NCBI RefSeq assembly: GCF_035084215.1 | Contig: NC_090327.1 | Location: 117,862,001-117,926,000 of the forward strand | Source of the DNA: Heptranchias perlo | Taxonomy: Eukaryota | Reading direction: 5' to 3' | Length of the DNA: 64,000 nucleotides | Shown here: positions 11,620-24,870 of the stretch, piece by piece | Numbering within the stretch: position 1 is the stretch's first letter | Layout of the letters: every line of letters starts with the position of its first letter | Notes under the pieces: model-generated | Seen by the model: the letters and a program-made list of their open reading frames with translations, nothing else | Databases searched by the model: none | What the model was told of the DNA's origin: nothing | Position numbers and translations under genes: made by a program

Positions 11620-12345
11620 TTGAGTTACATCGAAACTACAGCACAGAAACAGGCTATTCGGCCCAACCAGTCTGTGTCAGCATTTATGCTCCACATGAGC
11701 CTCCTCCCTCCCTACTTCATCTAATCCTATCAGCATACCCTTTTATTCCTTTCTCCCTCGTGTTTATCTAGCTACCCCTTAAAGGCATCTATGCTATTTG
11801 CCTCATCTACTCCTTGTGCACATTCCACGTTCTTACCTCTCTATGGGTAAAGAAGTTTCTCCTGAATTCCCTATTGGATTTATTAGCGACTATTTTATAT
11901 TTAGGGTTAGGGCTAGTTTTGGTCTCCTCCCAACCGAGCCCCCACTAGTGGAAACATTTTCTCTACGTCTACCCTATCAAGCCCTTTCATTATCTTAAAG
12001 ACCACTAGCAGGTCACCTCTCAACCTTCTCTTTTCTAGAAAAAAGAGCCTCAGCCTGTTCAGCCTTTCCTGCTAAGTACACCCTCTCAGATCTGGTATCA
12101 CCCTTGTGAATCTTTTTGCACCCTCTTCAATGCCTCTTTATGATACGGAGACCAGAACTGTTCACAATATTCCAAGTGTGGGCTAACCAAGGCACTATAC
12201 AAGTTTAACGTAACTTCTATGCTTTTAATTTCTATCCCTGGAGAAATGAACCCTAGTACTTGCTTTACCTTTTTTATAGCCTTATTAACCTGCGTCGCTA
12301 TTTTTAGTGATTTGTGTCTCTGTACCCCGAGATCCCTTTGCTCAA
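11620..12345 (-). mobile_element. CR1 LINE 3' fragment
   Basis: EQRDLGVQ...LYSALVSPHLEYCEQFWSPY motifs and CR1-type 3' UTR. Confidence 0.8.
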
Positions 12346-13367
12346 TAATCAAGGCCGCTGAGTCATAGAAGTTTACAACATCGATGGAGACTATTCGGCA
12401 TACCAAGCCCATATTACACTGGCTGTGGGGGGGGCGGGGTGGGGGGGGAGGAGTGGAGGTGACGAGGGCACCAAAAACTGTGATGGTAACAGGTAATGCC
12501 TGCAATGCGTATTCTCTCCATCGGTGGCGCTGCAGCGCTCCCCCTCAACTCTCGGGCAGATTCCCCATTCTGTTCTCACTGAAACTCAGGTATCCTCCCG
12601 CAAACAGTTCCAGCTTGCAGTCACATTCCCCTGTTTAAATCTGTTTCTTTCAGTTAACATAAAAAAAGAGTTGTTTGCTTTCTGCTCTGTGCAGCATAAG
12701 GAAGTGCTCAAGAGCCCAGGATTGCATACTGCTTTGGAGAAATAAATACATAGCAGCAAGTTGGTGCCTCCCTCCCAACATCTTGCTTCAAAAAAATCTG
12801 TAAAAAGGTTCTTTGCCCCAAGTTTTGCAGCTCACTGATGTGTCTCTTTTTTGGCCATGCATCAGAGTCCTCACGAGCCCTTGGACACCCTGATGTTTAG
12901 AGGGAATAGATAAATAGCCCTCCTTTTAAACACTTGGCTTCAAAACAACTATTGAAATAGACAGATGACTTAACATCTGCTCTAAAGCACTCCTTCAATA
13001 CTGCACTGGAGTGTCAGCATATTAGGTGCTTAAGAAAGAAAGATATAATTTTTTTGTCCACAGCAGATCAGCTGGTGAACTAAATTATGTGATTTATGGA
13101 CTTGCATTCAGGTGACAAGCATGCAGGCATCCTTTCTCCATAGATTCTACTCTGCAATCTAGTATTGAGAATTAATTTGGACATCTTTAATGCATCATAT
13201 GCTATAAAGTCATCACTATAAAGTTGTCGACATTAAACAAGAGGCAAAACAATGGATATTATTTTACTTATCCATTGGAGAATTCAACATTAGACAAATC
13301 TCCAAAGTAACATTGCACAATAATAACAACAACTTGCATTTATATAGCGCCATTAACGTAGAAAAAG

Positions 13368-13795
13368 GGTGGAAAGGCTTTGGGGAGTCAGGATGTGAGT
13401 CACTCACCACAGGATACCCAGCCTCTGACCCGCTCTTGTAGCCACAGTATTTATATGGCTGGTCCAGTTAAGTTTCTGGTCAATGGTGACCCCCAGGATG
13501 TTGATGGTGGGGGATTCGGCGATGGTGATGCCGTTGAATGTCAAGGGGAGGTGGTTAGACTCTCTCTTGTTGGAGATGGTCATTGCCTGGCACTTGTCTG
13601 GCGCGAGTGCTACTTGCCACTTATGAGCCCAAGCCCGGATGTTGTCCAGGTCTTGCTGCATGCGGGCACGGACTGCTTCATTATTTGAGGGGTTGCGAAT
13701 GGAACAGAACACTGTGCAATCATCAGCGAACATCCCCATTTCTGACCTTATGATGGAGGGAAGGTCATTGATGAAGCAGCTGAAGATGGTTGGGC
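13368..13795 (-). mobile_element. CR1-group LINE RT fragment (second family, same as 31876 and 33304)
   Basis: MFADDCTVF...QQDLDNIRAWAHKWQV...ILGVTIDQKLNW; near-identical to the 32430-32845 segment. Confidence 0.85.
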
Positions 13796-13799
13796 GTAA

Positions 13800-16705
13800 G
13801 GTTGGGGAGGGGGCTGTAAATATCTGATTCCCTGTCTAAACAGAGGAAGTTGGGGAGGGGGCTGTAAATATCTGATTTCCTGTCTAACCAGAGGAAGTTG
13901 GGGAGGGGGCTGTAAATATCTGATTCCCTGTCTAAACAGAGGAAGTTGGGGAGTGGTCTGTAAATATCTGATTCCCTGTCTAACCAGAGGAAGTTGGGGA
14001 GCGGTCTGTAAATATCTGATTCCCTGTCTAACTAGAGAAAGTTGGGGAGGGGGCTGTAAATATCTGATTCCCTGTCTAACTAGAGAAAGTTGGGGAGGGG
14101 GCTGCAAATATCTGATTCCCTCTCTAACTAGAGGAAGATGGGGAGGGATCTGTAAATATCTGATTCCCTGTCTAACCAGAGGAAGTTGGGGAGGGGGCTG
14201 TAAATATCTGATTCCCTGTCTAACTAGAGGAAGTTGGGGAGGGGGCTGTAAATATCTGATTCCCTGTCTAACTAGAGAAAGTTGGGGAGGGGGCTGTAAA
14301 TATCTGATTCCCTGTCTAACTAGAGAAAGTTGGGGAGGGGGCTGTAAATATCTGATTCCCTGTCTAACTAGAGAAAGTTGGGGAGGGGGCTGTAAATATC
14401 TGATTCCCTGTCTAACTAGAGAAAGTTGGGGAGGGGGCTGTAAATATCTGATTCCCTGTCTAAACAGAGGAAGTTGGGGAGGGGGCTGTAAATATCTGAT
14501 TCCCTGTCTAAACAGAGGAAGTTGGGGAGGGGGCTGTAAATATCTGATTCCCTGTCTAAACAGAGGAAGTTGGGGAGGGGTCTATAAATATCTGATTCCC
14601 TGTCTAAACAGAGGAAGTTGGGGAGGGGGCTGTAAATATCTGATTCCCTGTCTAACTAGAGAAAGTTGGGGAGGGGGCTGTAAATATCTGATTCCCTGTC
14701 TAACTAGAGAAAGTTGGGGAGGGGGCTGTAAATATCTGATTCCCTGTCTAACTAGAGAAAGTTGGGGAGGGGGCTGTAAATATCTGATTCCCTGTCTAAA
14801 CAGAGGAAGTTGGGGAGGGGGCTGTAAATATCTGATTCCCTGTCTAAACAGAGGAAGTTGGGGAGGGGGCTGTAAATATCTGATTCCCTGTCTAAACAGA
14901 GGAAGTTGGGGAGGGGTCTATAAATATCTGATTCCCTGTCTAAACAGAGGAAGTTGGGGAGGGGGCTGTAAATATCTGATTCCCTGTCTAACTAGAGAAA
15001 GTTGGGGAGGGGGCTGTAAATATCTGATTCCCTGTCTAACTAGAGAAAGTTGGGGAGCGGTCTGTAAATATCTGATTCCCTGTCTAACTAGAGAAAGTTG
15101 GGGAGGGGGCTGTAAATATCTGATTCCCTGTCTAACCAGAGGAAGTTGGGGAGCGGTCTGTAAATATCTGATTCCCTGTCTAAACAGAGGAAGTTGGGGA
15201 GGGTCTGTAAATATCTGATTCCCTGTCGAACGAGAGGAAGTTGGGGAGGGGTCTGTAAATATCTGATTCCCTGTCTAATCAGAGGAAGTTGGGGAGGGTC
15301 TGTAAATATCTGATTCCCTCTCTAACTAGAGGAAGATGGGGAGGGGTCTGTGATTATCTAATTCCCTGTCTAACAGGATGATGTTGGGGAGTGGGCTGTA
15401 AATATCTGAGTCCCTGTCCAACTGGACGAAGTTGGGGAGGGGCTGTAAATATCTGATTCCCTCTCTAACTAGAGGAAGATGGGGAGGGATCTGTAAATAT
15501 CTGATTCCATGTCTAACCAGAGGAAGTTGGGGAGGGGGCTGTAAATATATGATTCCCTCTCTAACTAGAGGAAGTTGGGGAGGGTCTGTAAATATCTGAT
15601 TCCCTGTCTAACTAGAGGAAGATGGGGAGGGATCTGTAAATATATGATTCCCTGTCTAACTAGAGGAAGTTGGGGAGGGGTCTGTAAATATCTGATTCCC
15701 TGTCTAATCAGAGGAAGTTGGGGAGGGTCTGTAAATATCTGATTCCCTGTCTAACCAGAGGAAGTTGGGGAGGGGGCTGTAAATATCTGATTCCCTGTCT
15801 AACTAGAGGAAGTTGGGGAGGGGGCTGTAAATATCTGATTCCCAGTCTAAACAGAGGAAGTTGGGGAGGGGGCTGTAAATATCTGATTCCCAGTCTAAAC
15901 AGAGGAAGTTGGGGAGGGGGCTGTAAATATCTGATTCCCTGTCTAATCAGAGGAAGTTGGGGAGGGGGCTGTAAATATCTGATTCCCTGTCTAATCAGAG
16001 GAAGTTGGGGAGGGGGCTGTAAATATCTGATTCCCTGTCTAATCAGAGAAAGTTGGGGAGGGGTCTGTGATTATCTAATTCCCTGCCTAACAGGATGATG
16101 TTGGGGAGGGGTCTGTAAATAACTGATTCCCTGTCTAACTAGATGATGTTGGGGAGTGGGATGGAAATATCTGAGTCCCTGTCCAACTGGACGAAGTTGG
16201 GGAGGGGGCTGTAAATATATGATACCCTGTCTAACTAGAGGAATTTGGGGGGGCTGTAAATATCTGATTCCCTCTCTAACTACAGGATGTTGGGGAGGGG
16301 TCTGTAAACATCTGATTCCCTGACTAACTGGACAAAGTTGGGGAGGGGGCTGTAAATACCTTATTCCCTGTCTAATTAGAGGAAGTTGGGTAGGGGGCTG
16401 TAGATATCTGATTCCCTCTCTGATTAGAGGAAGTTGGGTAGGGGGCTGTAGATATCTGATTCCCTCTCTGTTTAGAAGTTGGGTAGGGGGCTGTAGATAT
16501 CTGATTCCCTCTCTGTTTAGAAGTTGGGTAGGGGGCTATAGATATCTGATTCCCTGTCCGATTAGAAGAAGATGGGTAGGGGGCTGCAAATATCTGATTC
16601 CCTGTCTGATTATAGAATGTTGGAGAGGTGTCTGTAAATATCTGATTCCCTGACGGATTACAGGAAGTTGGGGAGGGTTCTGTAAATATCTGAGACCCTG
16701 TCTGA
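13800..16705. repeat. 48-bp minisatellite, ~60 copies, degenerating rightwards
   Basis: Unit GTTGGGGAGGGGGCTGTAAATATCTGATTCCCTGTCTAACTAGAGGAA; the 16-aa periodic ORFs are by-products. Confidence 0.97.
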
Positions 16706-17674
16706 CAATCGTTTGTCCCAAGTTGCTGTGTTTTATCATTAGTTTTAATTGTGCAATTTAATTAAAATTAAATACCAAATGGAACTTTTTAGCATATCAT
16801 TTAACTTTAGATGGAAAGCTGCTTTCTGCTGGAGTGAAACTTATCTCATATTAACAGTCAATTACCTGTGAACCCTAAAAGAATGAGGCAGCAGCAATCT
16901 TATCAAGGAACAGGAGTAGTCGTACTAGGATTGGTTTATGATAGACTGACAGCTATTGTATAGAAGCTGAATAATACTGGTTAATAATCGCATTTCTACC
17001 CAAACTCCAGGGGAAGCTTTTCATTCAACTCGTTCGGTTGTCAAACTGTGAAAACAGCAAAGAAAATGAATCTAGAATAACCCATTATTTATGTCAATGC
17101 AGATCTGCTCTGCATATCTGCAGGCAGTAATGCCCAGCTGGGCTCTCGCTGTGCATCCTTTCCTGACAGCTGCTCCCTACATATTTACTTGGACTCTCAG
17201 GCAATGAAATCCAAAATTAACCTTTACCAGATGTATTCTTAATCCATTCTTATCCAGCAGTTGAGCTTTGCCAGTCCACACTGACAACTGTTTGTAGTGC
17301 TTGTCATTTAGTCTCTGAGACCCATGACTTTAATTTCATATAGACAATAATTAACCCTATACTAGTTGATCTCACACATTATGGCATGGACAAAGATATT
17401 TAAAAACGTGTTTCTCCCACTGTCTGTTTCTTCCTTTCTCCCCTCTTTCTGTTTCTCACTTTCTCTCACTCTTACTCTGTATGGTTCTCACACACATTCT
17501 CGTATAGTCCCTCTTTCGCTCTGTTTGTCTACTCATTCTAACTCTTGTTTTCTCTCTCTCTCCGTCTAAGTCTATCCTCTCTCATCTGTATGTCCCTCTT
17601 TCAGTTTATGCCTCTTACACAAGTTCCTTTACTGACGTACTCAAATTACATCTTTTGCCTTTTTCAGAAAACCC

Positions 17675-17692
17675 ATGGCACACAGGAAGATG
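17675..17692 (+). CDS. GASK1A: Candidate GASK1A upstream micro-exon (MAHRKM)
   Basis: cttttgcctttttcag|aaaacccATGGCACACAGGAAGATG|gtaagc: good acceptor, ATG in ATGG context, consensus phase-0 donor compatible with the acceptor at 29480; signals only. Confidence 0.4.
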
Positions 17693-18074
17693 GTAAGCCA
17701 ACATATACCTGGTTAGAGATGGGTGTTGGGGCCAGGTGGATAGAGGCCTGGGTCAGGGAGAGAGCGGGAAGGAACAAGGTAGATTGTTAGAACTGGAAGT
17801 GAGCAGAGATCATTGTCTGAGGCTGAGAGGCAGCAGGAAGATGCAGTGCCTGAGTTTGTGACTGGGAAAGCATGGAGACCGAAGTTGGCCATAAGAGGGC
17901 ACAGATCCTAAGGCTGCACTATTTGAAGGAGAACAGCAGAGTTCTTCCGATGTCCTCGGCAACATTTAACCATCAACCAGCACTATCAAAACAGACTAAC
18001 TGGTCATTATCTCACCACTGTTTGTGGGACATTGCTGTGTGCAAATTAACTGGGTCTTGCTTTAATGTTTTATC

Positions 18075-18215
18075 CAAATGACGGCACCTCTGACAAAGCA
18101 GCACTCCTTCAGTACTGCGCTGGAGTGTCAGCCTAGATTATGTTCTTAAAGGGGGCTTGAACCCACAACCTTCTAACTAAGAAGTGAGAATACTACCAAC
18201 TGAGCCAAGCTGACA
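18075..18215 (-). mobile_element. SacSINE1/DeuSINE-like 5' (tRNA-derived) fragment
   Basis: Reverse complement of the SINE head seen at 26118 and 42524. Confidence 0.7.
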
Positions 18216-18359
18216 CTTGACAATTATAATATGCCATAAAGTATATCACGTGGTAGTTTCTTGTGTGTCGGCAGAATTTTTATTGTTTTTGTGTTCCCTC
18301 GTGTTGTATTTTCTTATTATTATTGGTTTTATTGTAGTTACCATGACAACAGATGCGAC

Positions 18360-19008
18360 AGGGCTCTTTTTTCTAGAAAAGAGAAGACTGAGGGGTGACC
18401 TGATAGAGATCTTTAAAATTATGAAGGGATTCGATAGGGTAGACGTAGAGAAGATGTTTCCACTTGTGGGGGAGTCTAAAACTAGGGGCCATAAATATAT
18501 GACAGTCACTAATAAATCCTATAAGGAATTCAGGAGAAACTTCTTTACCCATAGAGTGGTTTCAGCTGCCTAGGCCCTAAGCTTTGGAATTCCCTCCCTA
18601 AACCTCTCCGCCTCTCTACTCTCCCTCCTCCTTTGAGACACTTCTTAAAACCTACCCCTTTGACTAAGCTGTCCCAAAAACTCCTTATGTGGCTCGGTGA
18701 CAAATTTTGATTGATAATCGCTCCTGTGAGGCGCCTTGGACTGTTTCACTATGTTAAAGTCGCTATATAAATGCAAGTTGTTGTAGTTGTGGTAAGAATA
18801 TGGAACGCACTACTACAAGGAGTAGTTGAGGTGAACAGTATAGATGCATTTAAGGGGAAGCAAGATAAGTACATGAGGGAGCAAGGAATAGAAGAATATG
18901 GTGATAGGGTTAGATGAAGTAGGGTGGGAGGAGGCTTGTGTGGAGCATTAACACTGGCATGGACCAGTTGGGTCGATTGGCCTGTCTCTGTGCTTTAAAT
19001 TCTATGTA
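18360..19008 (+). mobile_element. CR1 3' end split by a nested L2 3' fragment (~18562-18788)
   Basis: LEKRRLRGDLIEIFKIMKG...RNFFTHRVV breaks at 18561 and resumes as gtggtaagaatatggaac after the L2 tail ctatataaatgcaagttgttg; GTGGT repeated at both junctions. Confidence 0.75.
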
Positions 19009-19768
19009 TGTAATTGTATGCAAGCTGTCGTGAGGTATTTTAAGCAGATTCAATGTACTGTGAATTATGGGTGGCAAAACCTAACAGTATCTGAGACTAG
19101 TGGATTAGTATTTTTCCTACATGTTTTCAGACATTTAATTTTATATCAGCATTTTAGTATGGAGGCCTATGTTTTATTTAAACCTCTTACTGTGAGATTT
19201 GATTAGAAAATGCAGCAGTGGTGTGATACCTGATTATGTGATCAACACAAGAGAGCAAAAGATTTTCCAGTCCTACTGCAGAGCTGGGCTGCAGCAAAGT
19301 CTGACTTCACACTACCGTCCGAGGCTGGACAACTTCAATAATTAAACAATGTATGTGAACCCCCAGACTAGTTTGTATCTGCAGGCAGCAGCTTCGCTGA
19401 AGGGCAATGGGTGGGGGTAGGAAGTGATGTGTGTCTACTGCCCCTAAGATTTAAAGGGACGTGGGAACAGTCGTGAACTCGGGGAAGGTCCAGAAATTAC
19501 TACTTGGTGGAGGCCACCCTGAACTTTCTTGCTGTTGAATTTTGCACCGGTTTCTAACATTTTGGGGGTAAACTGCACATTACGTCTACCCCGTTTATTC
19601 CATTTTGGGGATTCCGGGACAGGTTAAGACTGTTTAATGATTACTTAGAGACGGAGATGAAGGGTTGCAACAGGGTGGCAGATTACTTAGAGATGAGGGC
19701 AGAGTCTCTTCAATCAGAAACCTCCCGCACACCAGTGTAACTTTTATAACAAATTATCTAGATTCATT

Positions 19769-20398
19769 GGGGGAGATTTTTCCCCAGTTGTGTTTGGGTG
19801 TAAAGCAGTGTTGTCTAATAGAAATTGCTGACTGCCACAGGTGTGGCTATGGTGACACCCTTTTAGCCACATGCACTAATTCTGGTAGAAAACGCCTCAC
19901 ACACACTCTCACAATACAGGTATATGGACTTCACTTGTGTATATTTATTTAACAAACCACTACCACCATTCAATAACCAAGGAAGTAAGGCACTCACGAT
20001 GATCAAAAAACACTCGCACACTCTGCTTTTCGTCTTACCATTTTAATAAGAAACGCTCAAAAAGGTTAAAGTACACATGCATACACCTAGCGAATAGGAG
20101 AATTGAGATCACATGCCCAACAAAGGTGTCCAATTTTCATCAGAAGTGCAAGTAGCCACATCTGGATTTCCAATGTATTGGACAACACTGGTGTAAAGAA
20201 TGACCTGGGTGCTGCATACAGATAACAATTAGGCAGGGGTTATTTCCCCTTTATTCTTAACAAGAACTTTAAGGCTTTCTTTTGAATCAGACACTTCCCC
20301 TGCACCATTATATGTGCAATCCTCCCCGCCTGATTTCCCCCTATGCTCTGTACCCAGGCAATCCTTTACAACCAAGTGCAATGAGGAAAATCTACCCC
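19769..20398. mobile_element. Old Harbinger-like MITE
   Basis: Imperfect TIRs GGGGGAGATTTTTCCCCAGTTG / CAATGAGGAAAATCTACCCC. Confidence 0.45.
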
Positions 20399-20714
20399 AA
20401 TAAATTGTTATAAAGGTTTTTGTTGTTTTCATATTTTTGCACTGTTGCCTTAAAGTTCTCATGAAAAATGAATGAGAGATAATCTACGGCCTCTAATATT
20501 ACAAACAGATCCCAACCACGTAAAGTTTTCCAAGGAAGGGAATAAGCCAGAAAAGCCACATGTTATTTTTGTGACAGTAACACTGCAAGCAAACAACACA
20601 ATGATGCTTTTATGATGCAGTGATGTGTCACTGCATGATTTCCAGGGCGGGGTTGTGTTTGGCCAAACTAATAAGGATAGGTTTACTGAGCACTTCTGTA
20701 ATGAAGACGGTATC

Positions 20715-21150
20715 CCTCCCATCACCCCTGTGCTCGCTAACGTACATTGGCTCCCGGTCCGGCAATGCCTCGATTTTAAAATTCTCATCCTTGTTTTCAA
20801 ATCCCTCCATGACCCCGCCCAACCTTCTCCAACCCTACAACCCTCCGATCTGCGCTCCTCCAATCCTGGCCTCTTGCGCGTTTCCGATTTTCTTCGCTCC
20901 ATCATTGGCGGCCGTGCCTTCAGCTGCTTAGGCCCTAAGCTCTGGAATTCCTTCCCTAAACCTCTCCGCCTCTCTACCTCTCTCTCCTCCTTTAAGACGC
21001 TCCTTAAAACCCACCTCTTTGACCAAGCTTTTGGTCACATATCTCCTTATGTGGCTCGCTGTCAAAGTTTGTTCGATTGCTCCTGTGAAGCGCCTTGGGA
21101 CGTTTTACTACGTTAAAGGCGTTATGTAAATGCAAGTTGTCGTTGCAGTT
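20715..21150 (+). mobile_element. L2-type LINE 3' end
   Basis: PITPVLANVHWLPVRQCLDFKILILVFKSLH...GGRAFSCLGPKLWNS...FKTLLKTHLF; tail gttatgtaaatgcaagttgtcgttg. Confidence 0.85.
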
Positions 21151-21738
21151 GTTTATTCAACGATAATGGTGTTATTTCTGTATTTTTAGAAACATCTTTC
21201 GCAGCTCATTCTGTTGCACTGAAAGCAAAGGATTTTGCAAAGCAAGAGAGGAACCACAGAGCTAGACTGGGCCAACTGACATTGAAACGAATGAATAATG
21301 ATTTACTGTGTAAACAGAAACTGCTTCATCATAAACCATTTACTTCAGAAATTTATACAACAGCTTAACCAGTTTCCTGTTCTAATTATGAGTAAGAAGG
21401 AGTTTATCTCTTTGAGTATAAAACTCTTGACAAATACCCAAGTTTAGTCTGATTTCTTTAAATTGTACAGAAATGATTAGTAAAATCCTATTTATCATGA
21501 CCATGTTTATAAATTTACAAGCATTCCTGGTTTCTCAGGTTTATTAACAGCTGTCACAGAACCCGCTGTGTACGAGAGTAGAGATTCAGTGATCATAAAG
21601 TTACACGGAGCGTACAGCTGGGTACAGAGCAGCTGTTCAGCACATTTGTTTGAGAGCTGGTTGCAGCTATATGACGGTTTCAGTAAACTTGTGGTCATTG
21701 TTTTGGATTGTTTGTATTTTTAAATTTTGAAATATATA

Positions 21739-23957
21739 GGGCCCAATATTAGAAGGGCGGAGGGTTCGCAGCGGGGGGGTCGACTGGGCGCGTGGGTAAC
21801 GCGCCCAGTGAAATCGGGGTGCTCCGCACGCAATCGCAGGCTAATTGGATCCACTTACCTGAGCTTCCGGGTTTCGCGCTGGAAAGCTGCGCAGCGGGCG
21901 GACTGCGCATGCGCATCATAAGCTGTCAGCTGGAGGAGCCCTATTTAAAGGGGCGGTCCTCCACTGACTGATGCTGCAGAAAATAGGAAAAATTACAGCA
22001 TGGAGCAGCCCAGGGGGAAGGCTGCCTCCAGGTTTAATGATGCCTCACTCCAGGTATTATTGGATGGGGTGAGGAGGAGGGGGAGGACAGAGATCTTCCC
22101 CCAAGCGGGCGGGAGGAAGCGGCCTGCCTCTGCCACCAAGAAGGCCTGGCTCGAGGTGGCAGAGGAGGTCACCTGCACCACCAACATATTGCACACCTAC
22201 ATACAGTGCAGGAGGCGCTTCAATGACCTAAGTAGGTCAGCCAAAGTGAGTACACTTACTCATTCCCCTACACTCTGTCTGCCACATCACCGCCCCCACC
22301 CCACATCTCCTTCTGCACGGCCAACACTACTCTGTCACATCACCCCTCATACCCACTCAAACCTCATCCTCATCTTACCTGCACCTACTCACCTCGCCAG
22401 TACTCATCCCGCCACTACCACTCAACCCAATCCTCACACAATCTCATGGCTCTATCTCATACTCACCCTCTCATGCATCTCTTTCACGGTCAGCCTCACT
22501 CAACCTGCCACTAGCTGTGCTGCAGCCACAGGGCATGCATCACATATGTGCAGTAGGAAGCGTAAGACAAACGTGTCATGAGCATGAAGGGGATGCACAA
22601 GGGTGTTTGAGGGTTTGTCATGGTTTTTACTTATATTTAATTTCCGATCAACTCACATAACATATTATATTGTCACCACTACTGTCACGTCTTTGAGAAT
22701 CTTGTCTGGTTTGTGCAATAATGCCCTTTCCTGAGGATCACAATGAAGCCCCACAACTGATGCCACCCATTGTGTCACTGCAGAGTGGGTGTAGGTGTAT
22801 TTGCAGGGCTTTTTGTGCAGACGACTGAGAGACGTCTGCGATGTCCCCGGTGGTACACTGGAAGAATGCGGAGGAGAAGTTGTTGAGGGCAGTGGTGACT
22901 TTGACAGCGACAGGTAAGAAGATGGTGCTCGGGCCAGCCGGGAGCAACTCGGCATGAAAGAGGCTGCAGATGTCCACGACTACATGTCAAGTGACTCTGA
23001 GCTTCCGTGTGCACTGCTGCTCAGAGAGGTCCAGGAAGCTGAGCCTCGGTCTGTAGACCCTGTGGCGAGGGTAGTGCCTTCTGCGACGCATCTCTCTCTG
23101 CGGTTGCCCTCCCTCCTGCTGTGCAGGTGGATGTGTCCCAGCACTATGTTGTGGGGCTCCACGTGTCAGAGACAGACAGCGTGGCCGGCGAGGCTGGTGA
23201 TGCTGTTCTTCCTCCAGGGAGGTCATGACTGCAGCTGCGGCGGCCCCCATCCGGAGGATGTACATTTGAGGGGGTCCGCAAGGTAGGTAAATGTGTCTGG
23301 ACACTGGGGTAAGTGTGCAAGTTGGTGAATTTTATTGTTAGGAGGAGGGTGGTGGAGGCCAAACTTTGCCCAAAGTGACAGAGTGGCCTCCTGCAATGGT
23401 GCTCAGGCCAGCCGGGAGCAGCTCGGCATGAAGGAGGCTGCAGATGTCCACGACTGCATGTCGAGTGACTCTGAGCCTCCGTGTGCACTGCTGCTCAGAG
23501 AGGTCCAGGAAGCTGAGCCTCGGTCTGTAGACCCTGTGGCGAGGGCAGTGCCTTCTGTGACGCATCTCTCTCTGCCATTACCCTCCCTCCTGTCAAATGG
23601 ACCTTTGCAGCTGCCACAGGCTGATGGCTGCAACACATCCATTTCAACAGGGAGTGTTTCCCCCAGTACGGGAAACAGTCCCAGTTGTTTGGAAAATCCC
23701 ACCCCTCCTAAAATATCATGTTAATCAGGTCTGTAAACGACCTGAAGTACCTAAATGATTACCTTAAGTGGCATGCCGCCGGCTTTAATTGCCGGTGGAA
23801 GTCCCACATGCGGGGCTGCGCGCGCCTGTCAGCGCGTCACTGGGGAACCTGGAATTGGGGGGGTTGGAGCCGGGCTCCAGACCCGCCCTGGGAATCCCCG
23901 ATATTAGCAGCCCCCTCACCACGAACACACCCGCTTGGGGGTGCGAAAATCGAGCCC
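21739..23957 (+). mobile_element. Non-autonomous PIF/Harbinger double-deletion derivative, copy 1
   Basis: TIRs GGGCCCAATATTAG / CGAAAATCGAGCCC; ATA TSD (21736-38, 23958-60); Myb exon on +, transposase N-terminus on -; internal ~190-bp duplication. Confidence 0.9.
22000..22581 (+). CDS. Harbinger Myb/SANT-like mini-ORF (Myb exon 1 + retained intron + basic C-terminal tail)
   Basis: MEQPRGKAASRFNDASLQVLLDGV...AWLEVAEEV...QCRRRFNDL is homologous to the Myb exon at 54221-54460; ends SRKRKTNVS* like RKRKPKAL*; TATTTAAA ~55 nt upstream; expression unknown. Confidence 0.5.
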   Translation: MEQPRGKAASRFNDASLQVLLDGVRRRGRTEIFPQAGGRKRPASATKKAWLEVAEEVTCTTNILHTYIQCRRRFNDLSRSAKVSTLTHSPTLCLPHHRPHPTSPSARPTLLCHITPHTHSNLILILPAPTHLASTHPATTTQPNPHTISWLYLILTLSCISFTVSLTQPATSCAAATGHASHMCSRKRKTNVS

Positions 23958-24364
23958 ATAGGCAGCTCAGACAATGGTGCTAGAAATTGGTCCACACAGC
24001 GTCCTTTTCTCGGGCGCTGCTCGGACTAAGGCCCGATATGGCGGGCAGGAAGCGCCTGCGCATTTCCGGCTGGTATTGCACTACCCACCATATTGGGTAA
24101 GGACAAACAAGAGACGTCTTTTACCTACGCCTGAAGCAGGTGTTAGGCCCTTTGCATATGGAAATGATGGGCCTAACGCCTGTATGAGGTCCTTTTCTGT
24201 AAGATTGGTTTGCCCAGAGGCAGCCCGTGCCAGAAAAGGAGTGCTCCTCCCAAGCCCACAGTAAAGGACCTGATCGCTGGCCCCGACCCCACCTCACCTC
24301 ACCCCATCACTCCCAATCCCTGGCCCCTCTGCTCCGACCTGATCCCCGTAATTCCCGACACTGA

Positions 24365-24870
24365 CCACCTCGATCTCCAACCTATGGCCCCGTCTCGATC
24401 CCTGACCTCAAACCCATGGCCCCATCTCCATCCCCAAACTCCAACCCATGGCCCCGTCTTGATTCCCAACCTCCAACCCATTGCCTTATCTCGATCCCCG
24501 AACTCCAACCCATGGCCCCATCTCGATCCCTGACCTCCAACCCATGGCCCCGTCTCGATTCCCAACCTCCAACCCATGGCCTTATCTCGATCCCCGAACT
24601 CCAATCCATGGCCCCAACTCGATCCCTGATCTCCAACCCATGGCCTCATCTCGATCCCTGACCTCCAACCCATGGCCCCAAATCGATCCCTGACCTCCAA
24701 CCCATGGCCCCATCTCGATCCCTGACCTCCAACCCATGGCCCCATCTCGATCCCTGACCTCCAACCCATGGCCCCAACTCGATCCCTGACCTCCAACCCA
24801 TGGCCCCATCTCGATCCCTGACCCAGGCCCTAATCTCCAACACATAGCCCCATCTTGATCCCCGACCCCT
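24365..24870. repeat. 32-bp minisatellite, ~15 copies
   Basis: Unit CCCATGGCCCCATCTCGATCCCTGACCTCCAA. Confidence 0.92.

Noticed and set aside
11901-11912. Short TTAGGG repeats here and CCCTAA repeats at 35012-35027 as interstitial telomeres
   Set aside because: Only 2-2.5 units each; cannot be distinguished from chance.
13953-15218. 421-aa ORF of CKYLIPCLTRESWGGG repeats as a novel Cys-rich protein
   Set aside because: Pure translation of a 48-bp minisatellite; non-ATG start, no splice or promoter evidence, and frameshifting variants in the rest of the array.
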